A DNA stretch of 64,000 nt from the NCBI GenBank assembly GCA_965214095.1, contig OZ243938.1, positions 2,496,001-2,560,000 of the forward strand, written 5' to 3'. Under the pieces are notes generated by a model. The model saw only the letters and a list, made by a program, of their open reading frames with translations. It ran no database searches and was not told the DNA's origin. The position numbers and the translations under genes are program-made. The DNA is from Candidatus Poribacteria bacterium (GTDB lineage: Bacteria; Poribacteria; WGA-4E; WGA-3G). Position 1 is the stretch's first letter, and every line of letters begins with the position of its first letter. Below are positions 9,406 through 19,300 of the stretch, in pieces.

Positions 9406-10095
9406 ATGTCTGAAGAAACAAGGTGCAAAGTAAAAATCTGCGGCATAACATCAATCCACGATGCATGTCTTGCTGCTGATGCTGGTGCAGATTACATCGG
9501 TGTATTGGTTGACGTTACAGCATCTGAACGAACGATGAAAACGACACAAGCAGTAGAAATCGCAAGTGGTAGTCCTATTCCAACGGTATTGTTGCTATAC
9601 AACCGCACAACATCCGATATACAAGACGCAGTCTCACAAATACAACCTTTTGCGGTGCAACTGCTTGGACAGGAAACACCTGAACAGGTTGAGGAACTCA
9701 AACGTGATGCCACATGTCAATTCTGGAAATCTGTCTATCTCCCTGCAGGAAGTCCAGAAAATGTTGATAGATCAGCAGTACATGCACAAATGCAAGCATA
9801 CTGCAATGCTGGTGCGGATTATCTCCTGTTTGATACAGTTGACATTAGCGTAAATCCACCTCGCTATGGTGGTACGGGTAAAAGATATGATTGGGGACTT
9901 GCTGCAGAACTTATTTCTGAAAGTCCATTGCCTGTTTTCTTAGCGGGAGGGATTCGTCCCAATAATGTTAAAGCTGCTATTGAAAACATAAACCCTTACG
10001 GGATAGATCTCTGTTCTGGTGTAGAAGCATCAAAAGGTGTTAAAGACAAACAAAAACTTGATCACCTTATGGAACAAGTGGGAAATACCAATTGA
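9406..10095 (+). CDS. trpF: Phosphoribosylanthranilate isomerase-like protein
   Basis: VKICGIT, GADYIG, GGTG..DW, LAGGI, IDLCSGVE. Confidence 0.85.
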   Translation: MSEETRCKVKICGITSIHDACLAADAGADYIGVLVDVTASERTMKTTQAVEIASGSPIPTVLLLYNRTTSDIQDAVSQIQPFAVQLLGQETPEQVEELKRDATCQFWKSVYLPAGSPENVDRSAVHAQMQAYCNAGADYLLFDTVDISVNPPRYGGTGKRYDWGLAAELISESPLPVFLAGGIRPNNVKAAIENINPYGIDLCSGVEASKGVKDKQKLDHLMEQVGNTN

Positions 10096-10232
10096 AAGAA
10101 TGTGGGTTTCAATTCATAAAACTCTTGAAATCAGACAGGATAATAAGATATACTGATAGCGTGTTTACGATGTGAAAAACGCGAATTTCCTGAGTATATT
10201 ACAAACTATTTTCATAACCTAAGGAGACTTTC

Positions 10233-11000
10233 ATGAAGATTAATGCATTTCAGTTGATTATTATATTTCTTATTATAGGCGTAATTTCTATTTTCGCACC
10301 TTCTGTGGTTCTTGCAGATGCACACGAGACGGAAGGTGAGATGGCACCCGAAGCCGAAGCAATGGAAGAAAAACCGGGTGTGTCAGGATGGTTCCAGATT
10401 GACATTGATAGTTTAGGCAGCTATTTCTTGATTGGCGCGAGCCATCCAGTCGGTGGTATCTCAATCGCTTCAAATATTTATGTAAATGAAAAACACGACT
10501 ATAATTTTGTAGATGGTAGTCACAGTCACAGATACTTAGGTGAATTTGATCTCGGCGTGACAGTTCCTGTTGTATCTTCTGATAGTTTATCATTAGCATT
10601 GCAGCCGATGGTAGGTATTGGTTTCGATTATACTGGAGCAGATGGACCTCATGCACTTTATCCACAGGTTTTTGCTTTCCTTAATGCAGGTGATTTCTTC
10701 CTCTTCCACTGGACCATCAGTACGTTCTATTCCATATTTGAGGAAGATAGTATTGATGAATTATACAATCGAACTTATCTTACCTATTCTCTGAATGATA
10801 CGATTGCAATTGGACCTCAGGTTGAATCAGTTCTCGGCCTTGGAGAAATGGGGGACTTGTGGGCATTCAATTTGGGGGCACGTCTCAATATCGCCTACGG
10901 CACAGCGAATTCGCTTGGAATATATGTCGGTTATGAAACAAAGAAAGGTGATGATGAAACGGGACTTACTGGTAGAATGAACTTTACCCGTTTCTGGTAG
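10233..11000 (+). CDS. Putative outer-membrane beta-barrel protein (paralog 1)
   Basis: Signal peptide, alternating amphipathic strands, C-terminal Trp (RMNFTRFW). Colinear with 12784-13521. Confidence 0.7.
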   Translation: MKINAFQLIIIFLIIGVISIFAPSVVLADAHETEGEMAPEAEAMEEKPGVSGWFQIDIDSLGSYFLIGASHPVGGISIASNIYVNEKHDYNFVDGSHSHRYLGEFDLGVTVPVVSSDSLSLALQPMVGIGFDYTGADGPHALYPQVFAFLNAGDFFLFHWTISTFYSIFEEDSIDELYNRTYLTYSLNDTIAIGPQVESVLGLGEMGDLWAFNLGARLNIAYGTANSLGIYVGYETKKGDDETGLTGRMNFTRFW

Positions 11001-11010
11001 CAAAAATTTG

Positions 11011-11043
11011 AATAGAGGCGCGGTTTTCCATCGCGTCTCTATT
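11011..11043. terminator. Hairpin between convergent genes
   Basis: AATAGAGGCGCG...CGCGTCTCTATT. Confidence 0.6.
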
Positions 11044-12469
11044 TGCTTAATAGATAAATATGTATCGTCCTATCCTTAGCCCGTGAGAATGCAGGGAATG
11101 TCTCTACCATGCGTCCTCTCTGACGAATCCAATTACGGACTGCCTTATCCGCATCAAAAACGTTAAAATTTGCAACGTCAACGATAAACCACAGACGTTC
11201 CATCTGAGCAGATTCCCACTTCTCTTCAAAACCTTCCTTATCATCTAACAACTCTCCAACATAAACTATTTCCATTTCCATTTCCGGCAGATAAAATACT
11301 CCCATTCGCGGTTCCGAAAGGACTATCTTATCTGTTGATTGCTTCTGCATTTCAACAAATTCGAATGCTTCTCTCCATTTAGGTCGCCCACCATTTTCAT
11401 TTTGATAATAGAGATAATCCTGTGATAACAACACAAGGATAAGCAGAGAAGGTAAAAGTGCTTTAAATAGATTGTGTCTGTTTGAACCCATAGCATCCCA
11501 GACTTGTTCACAGGTAACTGCAGCAAGAATGAAATACGCGGGAGTTGTCCAAAACAGATAATAACCAGCAACATTCTGCAGTTGAGATGCGATCAATAGT
11601 AGTCCCAAAGGCACACCCGCAAAACAGATTAAAAACCTTGTAGAACGGTTCTGCCAATTTACAATAGCACCAAAAAATGCAGCAACGGCAATCGGTATGC
11701 TAACTCCCTGAACGATTGTTAGTATCACATAAAGAGGACTACGTCCCCATTCATTGTGTCCCCATCCTGATGAAATATAACCACGAACTTGTGGTAGTAC
11801 CAGCATGAGCACAGGAACGGTAAACGGAAGGAAGAATATAATAAGATTGACTAACCTTTTTCTGTTACGATTTTCTAAGAGTTGCAATATGGCATAGGCA
11901 GCCAACGCAGGAACAATCGCTGTAGCCAAGAGATGGGATAAAATAAGACAGATACTGGAAAAGAGAGCACCTATAGTTAGAAGTGTTGAATCCTTATCAA
12001 AGGAGCGGTAGAAAAACCAAGCTGCCAACGCACCAAACAGAAAGGTGAGGATGTATGAACGCGCATTTTGCGACCAGAACAGATGCCAGTTTGACAAGGC
12101 AACAAAAACCGATGCAAATAAACCAACTCTATTGTTGTATAAAGTTTTACCCAAACTAAAGACTATCGGTATTGATATAATACCCACGATACAGAAGATA
12201 AGACGACTATTCCACTCACTACCTCCATCAAATATAAAAGACAGGTTTTCACCCAAAATTACAGAAAACTTCGCTGCAATATAAGGAATTGGATTAATAG
12301 GAGAATTATTGAGAGAGAAAGCTTTTGCATCAAGTACGGTAAGCACTTCATCAATCCAAAAACTCCACTTACCAAGATGCCAAAATCGTAGGAGTGCACC
12401 GATACTGACGATACAGACAAGTAATATATGCTTATTTTTTAGGCAGTTTTGTGATGAAAATTTCAGCAT
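11039..12469 (-). CDS. GT-C (ArnT/PMT family 39-like) membrane glycosyltransferase
   Basis: LRFWHLGKWSFWIDE, SRL, WSQNARSY, many TM segments. Confidence 0.82.
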   Translation of the reverse strand: MLKFSSQNCLKNKHILLVCIVSIGALLRFWHLGKWSFWIDEVLTVLDAKAFSLNNSPINPIPYIAAKFSVILGENLSFIFDGGSEWNSRLIFCIVGIISIPIVFSLGKTLYNNRVGLFASVFVALSNWHLFWSQNARSYILTFLFGALAAWFFYRSFDKDSTLLTIGALFSSICLILSHLLATAIVPALAAYAILQLLENRNRKRLVNLIIFFLPFTVPVLMLVLPQVRGYISSGWGHNEWGRSPLYVILTIVQGVSIPIAVAAFFGAIVNWQNRSTRFLICFAGVPLGLLLIASQLQNVAGYYLFWTTPAYFILAAVTCEQVWDAMGSNRHNLFKALLPSLLILVLLSQDYLYYQNENGGRPKWREAFEFVEMQKQSTDKIVLSEPRMGVFYLPEMEMEIVYVGELLDDKEGFEEKWESAQMERLWFIVDVANFNVFDADKAVRNWIRQRGRMVETFPAFSRAKDRTIHIYLLSK

Positions 12470-12624
12470 TTTTACCAGAAACCAATCTGTATAAACTATG
12501 GTATATCGCTATCTGTATATAGTTTAGAGATAAAATCTTATGAAAGGGGATACATAAGGATAAAACTACTGTTTATCTTATCTATAAGACATCTCAACAT
12601 AGTAAAATACCCTTATACGCTTAA

Positions 12625-12641
12625 TTGGCACACATATTGCT
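12625..12641 (+). promoter_or_regulatory. sigma54 (-24/-12) promoter upstream of the porin-amt genes
   Basis: TTGGCAC-ACATA-TTGCT, an exact match to TGGCAC-N5-TTGCW. Confidence 0.82.
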
Positions 12642-12783
12642 TTAACACAAGCAGTGCAACTAAGCACAGATTTTATCATAGGTTGATGTCAGAATCAAGC
12701 ATAAGCGTTCACAAACTGGCATAAACTCTCTTTTTGCACGATGAAAATACGTGCTGGAATTAAATAAATCTAAGGAGATTTAA

Positions 12784-13521
12784 ATGAAAATTAAAGCATT
12801 TTGGTTACCTGTATTACTTGCAATAGTTGGTATGCTCGCAGTTGGTAGCGTTCCGATGGTTTACGCTGACGCACACGGAGCGGGTGAAGAGATGGAAATG
12901 GAAATGGAAGAGGAATCAGGTATTGGCGGTTGGTTCCGTACCGATACTGATAGTCTTGGAACACAAATCTGGTTTGGTGGTAGTTATCCTGCTGGAAGTG
13001 TATCTATAGATAGCGACATATATGTTGTTGGAACTTTCGCAGAATTCGACCTTGGAATTGGAATTCCAGTTGTTGATGACGAATCAATGTCACTTACTTT
13101 CCTGCCGATGGTAGGTATTGGATTTGATTATGCATCAGCGAACGGTCCTAATTCTATAATTGCACCGCAGCTGTTTACTTATCTTACTGCTGGGTCCATC
13201 TATTTTGAATCTTGGATTCAAGGCTTCTTCAATACTTCATTTGATTATGGAGATGATTCATTATATACACGAGATTTTATCCTCTATTCAGTGACGGATA
13301 ATATCGCTATCGGTCCACAGGTAGAAGTTAGTCTCACCCTAAGTGGTTTAGAGGAAGAAACCGAAACAGGTTTGAGTAGTTTGGTAGTTGGTGGACGGAT
13401 CAATATGGCTTACGGTGAAAACAATACGCTCGGTCTGTTTGTCGGTCTTGAAACCCAAATGGAAGAAGATTCGGAAGATTCAGGACTTACCGGTAGAATG
13501 ACATTTGTTCGTACTTGGTAG
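12784..13521 (+). CDS. Putative outer-membrane beta-barrel protein (paralog 2), upstream of amt
   Basis: Signal peptide and C-terminal RMTFVRTW. Shares GWF..D.DSLG, EFDLG, PMVGIGFDY, IAIGPQVE and GLTGRM with paralog 1. Confidence 0.72.
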   Translation: MKIKAFWLPVLLAIVGMLAVGSVPMVYADAHGAGEEMEMEMEEESGIGGWFRTDTDSLGTQIWFGGSYPAGSVSIDSDIYVVGTFAEFDLGIGIPVVDDESMSLTFLPMVGIGFDYASANGPNSIIAPQLFTYLTAGSIYFESWIQGFFNTSFDYGDDSLYTRDFILYSVTDNIAIGPQVEVSLTLSGLEEETETGLSSLVVGGRINMAYGENNTLGLFVGLETQMEEDSEDSGLTGRMTFVRTW

Positions 13522-13531
13522 TTAATTGTAT

Positions 13532-13610
13532 AAAAACAGCAACCGTGCTGTTTTATCTATAGAATACATCGCGAATCTATGGTATACAACACTATTATGG
13601 ATTCGCGATG
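13532..13610 (+). terminator. Two intercistronic hairpins
   Basis: AAAACAGC-aaccgt-GCTGTTTT, then CATCGCGAATC...GATTCGCGATG. Confidence 0.6.
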
Positions 13611-13695
13611 AAACAATATATCATTCAACGTATAACATCTCTCAGTTCTTCAAAGTATTAAAAAGCAGTTTTATTGAAAATATAGGAGATATTAA

Positions 13696-15075
13696 ATGAC
13701 AAAAAAGGTTATTGTAACAATCTTTGTCCTCACCTGCTTGGTTAGTATTAACGTCTTTGCTCTCAACGGGTTGATAGAAGGTGATGACGGAACACTCACA
13801 AAGGTTGAGGATTCAAAGTATATGGGAGACACACTATGGGTGCTGGTCGCTGCATTTCTTGTATTCTTTATGCAGGCTGGTTTCGCTATGGTGGAGTCTG
13901 GGTTCACACGGGCAAAAAATGCTGTTAACATTCTCATGAAAAACTTGATGGACTTCTCAATGGGGTCAATCGCTTATTGGGCAATCGGCTTTGCAATAAT
14001 GTTCGGTGCGGGTAATGCGTTCATGGGAACAAGTGGTTGGTTTGTTCCTTCCGAAGAACTTTCTGCTGGCGCAGCAGCCAGTTCCAGTGTGTTTAGTTCG
14101 TTAGAATGGAGTTCTGTGCCAACCTATGCAGCGTGGTTATTCCAACTTGTATTCGCCGCAACAGCAGCAACTATCGTTTCTGGTGCAATGGCAGAACGGA
14201 CACAGTTCAAGAGTTATCTTATTTATAGTGTATTTATCACAGGTCTCATCTATCCCGTAGTCGGTCACTGGGTTTGGGGTGGCGGTTGGTTATCAAGTTT
14301 AGGTATGTCTGACTTTGCTGGTTCAACCGTTGTTCATTCAACAGGTGGTTGGCTTGCATTGACAGGTGCTATCGTCTTAGGGCCACGTCTTGGCAAATAT
14401 GATGGCGAAGGCAAACCGAGACCGATTGCTGGTCACAATCTACCACTTGCAGCACTCGGTGTCTTTATTCTCTGGCTCGGTTGGTTCGGATTCAATCCGG
14501 GTAGTCAGATGGGGGCAGATGCATTAGATATTTCCAAAATTGCAGTTACAACGAATATCGCAGCTGCAGCAGGTGCTATTACGGCAATGATTACCGCTTG
14601 GATAATGCTTGGTAAACCCGATGCAGGTATGTCGCTCAACGGTGCCCTCGCAGGGTTGGTAACTATTACCGCAGGTTGTGCTTCTGTTAGTCCGACATCC
14701 GCTGCGATAATGGGAGCAATTGGTGGAATCGTCGTTGTTCTAAGCGTCTTGTTGATTGAAAATCTACGTATTGATGATCCGGTCGGTGCTATTTCAGTTC
14801 ACGGAACGTGTGGCGCATTAGGCACACTACTCCTTGGATTCTTTGATAGTTCATCCGGAGTTTTCTTTGGCGGTGGATTTGAACTTCTATGGGCACAGTT
14901 CGTTGGTGTCGTTGCTGTTTTGGCATGGTGTCTCGTTACAGGCTTTATCCTCTTCTATGCAATCAAAGCAGCCACAGGCTTACGTGTTACACAAGAGCAA
15001 GAACAAGCTGGACTTGACTATGAAGAACATGGTGCAAGTGCATATCCAGACTTCAATGTCTCTTCAATACGTTAG
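13696..15075 (+). CDS. amt: Ammonium transporter (FFMQAGF / Amt1-type)
   Basis: FFMQAGFAMVESG, DFAGSTVVH, WFGFNPGS, DDPVGAISVHG. Confidence 0.96.
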   Translation: MTKKVIVTIFVLTCLVSINVFALNGLIEGDDGTLTKVEDSKYMGDTLWVLVAAFLVFFMQAGFAMVESGFTRAKNAVNILMKNLMDFSMGSIAYWAIGFAIMFGAGNAFMGTSGWFVPSEELSAGAAASSSVFSSLEWSSVPTYAAWLFQLVFAATAATIVSGAMAERTQFKSYLIYSVFITGLIYPVVGHWVWGGGWLSSLGMSDFAGSTVVHSTGGWLALTGAIVLGPRLGKYDGEGKPRPIAGHNLPLAALGVFILWLGWFGFNPGSQMGADALDISKIAVTTNIAAAAGAITAMITAWIMLGKPDAGMSLNGALAGLVTITAGCASVSPTSAAIMGAIGGIVVVLSVLLIENLRIDDPVGAISVHGTCGALGTLLLGFFDSSSGVFFGGGFELLWAQFVGVVAVLAWCLVTGFILFYAIKAATGLRVTQEQEQAGLDYEEHGASAYPDFNVSSIR

Positions 15076-15290
15076 TGATTTTTTAGAAAACCTTCAATAT
15101 TTAGGTTAAGGTTACAAATCAATTAGGTTCGCCCACAGGAAGTCTAACATATCCCTGAGTTATACATCCTGACATGTGGGCGTTCCTATCTTACTGTCTA
15201 CAGTATGCCATTGCAATTGCTTGATACCAACACCATGTTTTGATAAAATGCTTTACCAATACTTGAAGAATTGAGATTTTTGAGAGAAGT

Positions 15291-15393
15291 TATAGTGAAT
15301 TATAAATATAAGTTGACACTTTCGGCCCACGGTAGGCGAGGTTTCCTAACCTCGCCGATGCAGAGTGTTCAACTAATTTCAAAATCTACTATA
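15291..15393 (+). mobile_element. MITE family A, copy 3
   Basis: Near-identical to the other copies. Confidence 0.88.
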
Positions 15394-15507
15394 ACAAGTT
15401 AATCTAATTTTGCGTAATGAATAGGAAATGATAGATTGGCAATGTTGTCAATCTTTATGGTTACAATAAACAAGCAAAATTGCTTGTAAGAACAAAGGAG
15501 GCTAAAG

Positions 15508-16956
15508 ATGCCACAACGAAGTGCATCGCATTGGACAAAGAAGCGTTTTAGTTATCCACTAATTGGAACGCTTATACTAATATTACTAATATCTGGTGTG
15601 TTGAGTCTCATGTCAACTTATGATGTGTTTGCAGACCAACATGAAACAACTGAAATGGAGTCAGAAGCACCTTCTGAAGAGGCTGAGGATGAAGATGCCG
15701 CAGAAGCAGAATCTGCTATAGATTCTGGTGATACTGCGTGGATGCTTACCTCAACAGCCCTTGTGTTGTTTATGACTATTCCCGGACTTGCCCTTTTCTA
15801 TGGTGGACTTGTGCGTGTCCAAAATGTCCTCTCTGTATTGATGCAATGCTTTGCATTGACAGGGATAATCACGATTATTTGGATTGTCTGTGGGTATAGT
15901 CTGGCATTCAATACCGCAGGTATGGAGGCTGGGAAAATAACATTTAACTCATTCGTTGGTGGATTAGGAACGATTTTCTTGAAAGGTGTTACCACAAGCA
16001 GTGAAAGTGGAACTATCCCTGAAACCGTTTTTATTGTCTTCCAAATGACATTTGCAATTATCACCCCCGCATTGATTGCCGGTGCATTCGCAGAACGGAT
16101 GAAGTTTTCTGCTATGCTCATTTTCTCTGTTTTATGGTCAATAATCGTTTATGCACCACTATGCCACATGGCATGGGCAGGAGACGGCTCTTTGTTTGGT
16201 GATGTTATTGGAGCAAAAGACTTTGCGGGTGGTAACGTAGTTCATATTAATGCAGGTATCGCGGCATTAGTTGCTGCAATATTAGTCGGAAAACGTCTCG
16301 GTTATCAGACAACAGCAATGCCACCGCATAGTTTGACGATTACCGTCGTCGGTGCGTCAATGCTGTGGGTAGGTTGGTTTGGATTCAATGCTGGTAGTCA
16401 ACTTGCAGCCGATGGAGGTGCTGGTATGGCTATGCTTGTTACACAAGTTTCAACAGCTACCGCAGCAATTACATGGATGTTTATTGAATGGATCAAACAC
16501 GGTAAACCAAGTGTTCTCGGTATTGTTACGGGTGCTGTTGGCGGTTTGGTTGCAATCACACCTGCATCGGGTACAGTTGGTCCAATGGGGGCACTCGTTA
16601 TCGGATTCGCATCTGGAGCCGTCTGTTTCTGGGGTGCTACCAGTTTGAAATCGAAACTCGGTTATGACGATTCATTGGATGCGTTTGGTGTTCACGGGAT
16701 CGGTGGAATTGTCGGTGCACTCTTGACTGGTGTTTTCACAGCAAGCGCATTAGGCGGTGCTGGTATGGATGTCAGTATCGGTGTGCAGGTTTGGAAACAG
16801 TTCCTTAGCATTGTTATTACTATCGTTTGGAGTGGTCTGCTTTCATTTATTATCCTTAAAATCGTTGACGCTATTGTTGGCTTACGCGTTGAAGAGGATG
16901 ATGAACGGATGGGTCTTGACCTATCGCAGCACAATGAACGTGGTTATAACCTATAA
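15508..16956 (+). CDS. amtB: Ammonium transporter AmtB-type with acidic N-terminal extension
   Basis: FMTIPGLALFYGG, DFAGGNVVHINAG, WFGFNAGS, DDSLDAFGVHG. Confidence 0.96.
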   Translation: MPQRSASHWTKKRFSYPLIGTLILILLISGVLSLMSTYDVFADQHETTEMESEAPSEEAEDEDAAEAESAIDSGDTAWMLTSTALVLFMTIPGLALFYGGLVRVQNVLSVLMQCFALTGIITIIWIVCGYSLAFNTAGMEAGKITFNSFVGGLGTIFLKGVTTSSESGTIPETVFIVFQMTFAIITPALIAGAFAERMKFSAMLIFSVLWSIIVYAPLCHMAWAGDGSLFGDVIGAKDFAGGNVVHINAGIAALVAAILVGKRLGYQTTAMPPHSLTITVVGASMLWVGWFGFNAGSQLAADGGAGMAMLVTQVSTATAAITWMFIEWIKHGKPSVLGIVTGAVGGLVAITPASGTVGPMGALVIGFASGAVCFWGATSLKSKLGYDDSLDAFGVHGIGGIVGALLTGVFTASALGGAGMDVSIGVQVWKQFLSIVITIVWSGLLSFIILKIVDAIVGLRVEEDDERMGLDLSQHNERGYNL

Positions 16957-17037
16957 CAATTCTATACATTGTAGGGCGGGGTCTCTGTGCCCCGCCATGT
17001 TTTATCATACGGTTAGAATTTTGTCAGTCCAAACTCT

Positions 17038-17266
17038 TATGGTCAAAACCATAATTATTTACACACTACGGTAGGTTCGGTTTCCTAACCGAACCATGGG
17101 CGTCAATTTAGTGTAAATTAGGCGTTTTCCCCAGGACGGTAGGTTCGGTTTCCTAACCGAACCGGATCCTACGCGAGAACCTCTATGAAGGTATTTGGCA
17201 CAAAGACGGTTCGGTTAGGAAACCGCATCTACCGGGAGTGTGCACGGATTTTTACATTTCACTATA
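17038..17266. mobile_element. TA-ended MITE family B with three REPs and a relic IS4 end
   Basis: AAAACCATAATTATTTACA...TTTTTACATTTCACTATA shared with 47472-47608. CATGGGCGTCAATTTAGTG at 17095-17113. Confidence 0.8.
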
Positions 17267-17273
17267 AACTAAT

Positions 17274-19283
17274 CTATTCTTCCACTATCCTCCCGGCTAT
17301 TTCAGCATCTGGCATTATATCCTTCCTAACAAGTAGATTCTGTTTTACACCAAGATTTTTATATACATCTTCAATCCATGATGTGTTGAATACATCTCCA
17401 GTGTTATGAATAATCAAATTACGTGGTGCGACAAGTGTTCCTGCTGTGCGGAAATCGCCTACTCTACGCAAACTCGGAATCGGTAAATTATTCAGATATG
17501 CCTCTTGGTTCGTGTTTTCCAACTGTGCTGCATCAACGATGACGTTCTTAATATTCGTGAATCCTGCAGCAAGCAGTGCCCACAAACCTGCATTGCCTAT
17601 TCCGATGAGGCTAACCTCAGAAACATCGCCTCTGGTTGTAAAATAGAGCAGTGTTGTTACAATGTCCTGAATACGCAACGCTGCTGTTGTTCGGTTATAG
17701 GTAGTGAAGTAATTCGTCTCTTCTGATCTCTCATAGTCTCCATGTTCGCCTGTTTCAAACACATCAATAATTAGCACTTTACGATCAGCATTTATCAACT
17801 CTTTGATTATTGGTATAGGTTGTCCTGTTTCAGGATCAATCAATTTTTCTTTTCCTTCGGGATGCACAACGACAACAACTGGATCGTGTCCAACTAAAGG
17901 TTCGGTACGAAATAGAATGGCAGGAATTGCATCACCTACTCCTTCCCTTCCAATGACAACATGACGCGCAGAAAAGTCTGGGTGATAAGTTGTGGGAAAA
18001 GCACCTTCTGGTTCCACAAGTGTTATCTCACTGCTATCTGGCAAGTGTAATCCAAGGGAGTGTTGTAAAGCACTTCCCATTTCTTCTTTAAACTGATGAT
18101 GTTCATCTTCATTTGTCGGTTTACGTTTCTCAATTGCTTTGTTAGATAACATCGTCCAAGCACGTAGGATGTCGTCCTGTTTCAATGCATGCTCTGGTAT
18201 ATCTCGATCAGAGAAAACCAATAGATCTTCATCGGATTCAACTTCATAAGGTGCTTCTTTATATTTGGATGTGCCATCATCATTAAGAAACCATTTCGCG
18301 AACCATGCATATACTGCTTCACGGCTTTCTTTATTGTAGTTGTGTTCTGCGTCTACTTGAACTTGATGGACCTTATCTTCTGCATCAAAATGTGCATAAA
18401 TGCTTCGGATAGCGGGATACTCTACAGTTGGTGTATTTGATGTCCAATCACCTGTGCAAGACACAAGCAGTAGAGGACGTGGTGCCATCAATGCACCTAT
18501 CTCAAGATTACTGCCTTCCAACCGCAAATTCGGTGCGTTTTCACATAGACAACCACCCTGCATCGTTGCAGAAATCATATTGACAGGTGCTGAGACCTTG
18601 ATACGTTCATCAACAGCGGTTAGAATGAAAGTCTGTGATCCACCACCCGATGCGCCTGTACATCCGATACGTTCTTTGTCCACATCAGGCAAGTCTTGTA
18701 AGAAATCAATGGCACTTATCCCATTCTGAAGTTGCAGTCCCATTGCACTCAATCCCCATAATGCTTCTTTCGCACCACCATAACGATGTTCTATCTGCTT
18801 GCCGCTGTCGTTGTAACCTATCATATCATAAGCAAAGATGACATAACCCTGTTTAGCGAAATTGATACATCTGCCAGGAATTGAACCACGTTCTATATCT
18901 TCTAACCGTCCACGTCCCCAATGTCCATGTGGACTTACAATGGCTGGGAATGGTCCGGTTTTTCCTTTTGGACGATAGAGATTTCCTGTTGTGAAGAAAC
19001 CGGGGAAGGGTTCAAAATGCACCCTTTCTACGGTATAATCTTCCCGTTCAATTTTTCCAAAGATTTGTGCGTTGATAGGCGTTGGTTCATGGGATGGTAT
19101 CAAACCGTTTGCTACGCGTATCTGTTGCCGTAGCACTTCGGCTTTTCCAGTCCACTCCTCTTTGGTGTAGTTTGGAAAGGTGTAAGGAGTGTTTAGATCG
19201 CGTGATGCGGCACCCCGTGCATCGTTGACAGTTTGTGATTGGTCGGTGAAAACATGTGCAAGTTCGTGGTGTTGTTCAGCCAT
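17274..19283 (-). CDS. Acetylxylan-esterase-like alpha/beta hydrolase (tandem domains)
   Basis: PHGHW, GASGGG nucleophile elbow, GGCLCENAP, EHNY. Second domain is degenerate. Confidence 0.82.
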   Translation of the reverse strand: MAEQHHELAHVFTDQSQTVNDARGAASRDLNTPYTFPNYTKEEWTGKAEVLRQQIRVANGLIPSHEPTPINAQIFGKIEREDYTVERVHFEPFPGFFTTGNLYRPKGKTGPFPAIVSPHGHWGRGRLEDIERGSIPGRCINFAKQGYVIFAYDMIGYNDSGKQIEHRYGGAKEALWGLSAMGLQLQNGISAIDFLQDLPDVDKERIGCTGASGGGSQTFILTAVDERIKVSAPVNMISATMQGGCLCENAPNLRLEGSNLEIGALMAPRPLLLVSCTGDWTSNTPTVEYPAIRSIYAHFDAEDKVHQVQVDAEHNYNKESREAVYAWFAKWFLNDDGTSKYKEAPYEVESDEDLLVFSDRDIPEHALKQDDILRAWTMLSNKAIEKRKPTNEDEHHQFKEEMGSALQHSLGLHLPDSSEITLVEPEGAFPTTYHPDFSARHVVIGREGVGDAIPAILFRTEPLVGHDPVVVVVHPEGKEKLIDPETGQPIPIIKELINADRKVLIIDVFETGEHGDYERSEETNYFTTYNRTTAALRIQDIVTTLLYFTTRGDVSEVSLIGIGNAGLWALLAAGFTNIKNVIVDAAQLENTNQEAYLNNLPIPSLRRVGDFRTAGTLVAPRNLIIHNTGDVFNTSWIEDVYKNLGVKQNLLVRKDIMPDAEIAGRIVEE

Positions 19284-19300
19284 TATAATTACCTCTGTTC

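Noticed and set aside
12717-12737. Second sigma54 site (TGGCAT...TTGC)
   Set aside because: The GG to GC spacing is not the required 10 bp.
17071-17233. Clustered GGTTTCCTAACC repeats as a CRISPR array
   Set aside because: Only three copies, one inverted, with irregular spacing. The same motif is dispersed through the window and there are no cas genes, so these are REPs.
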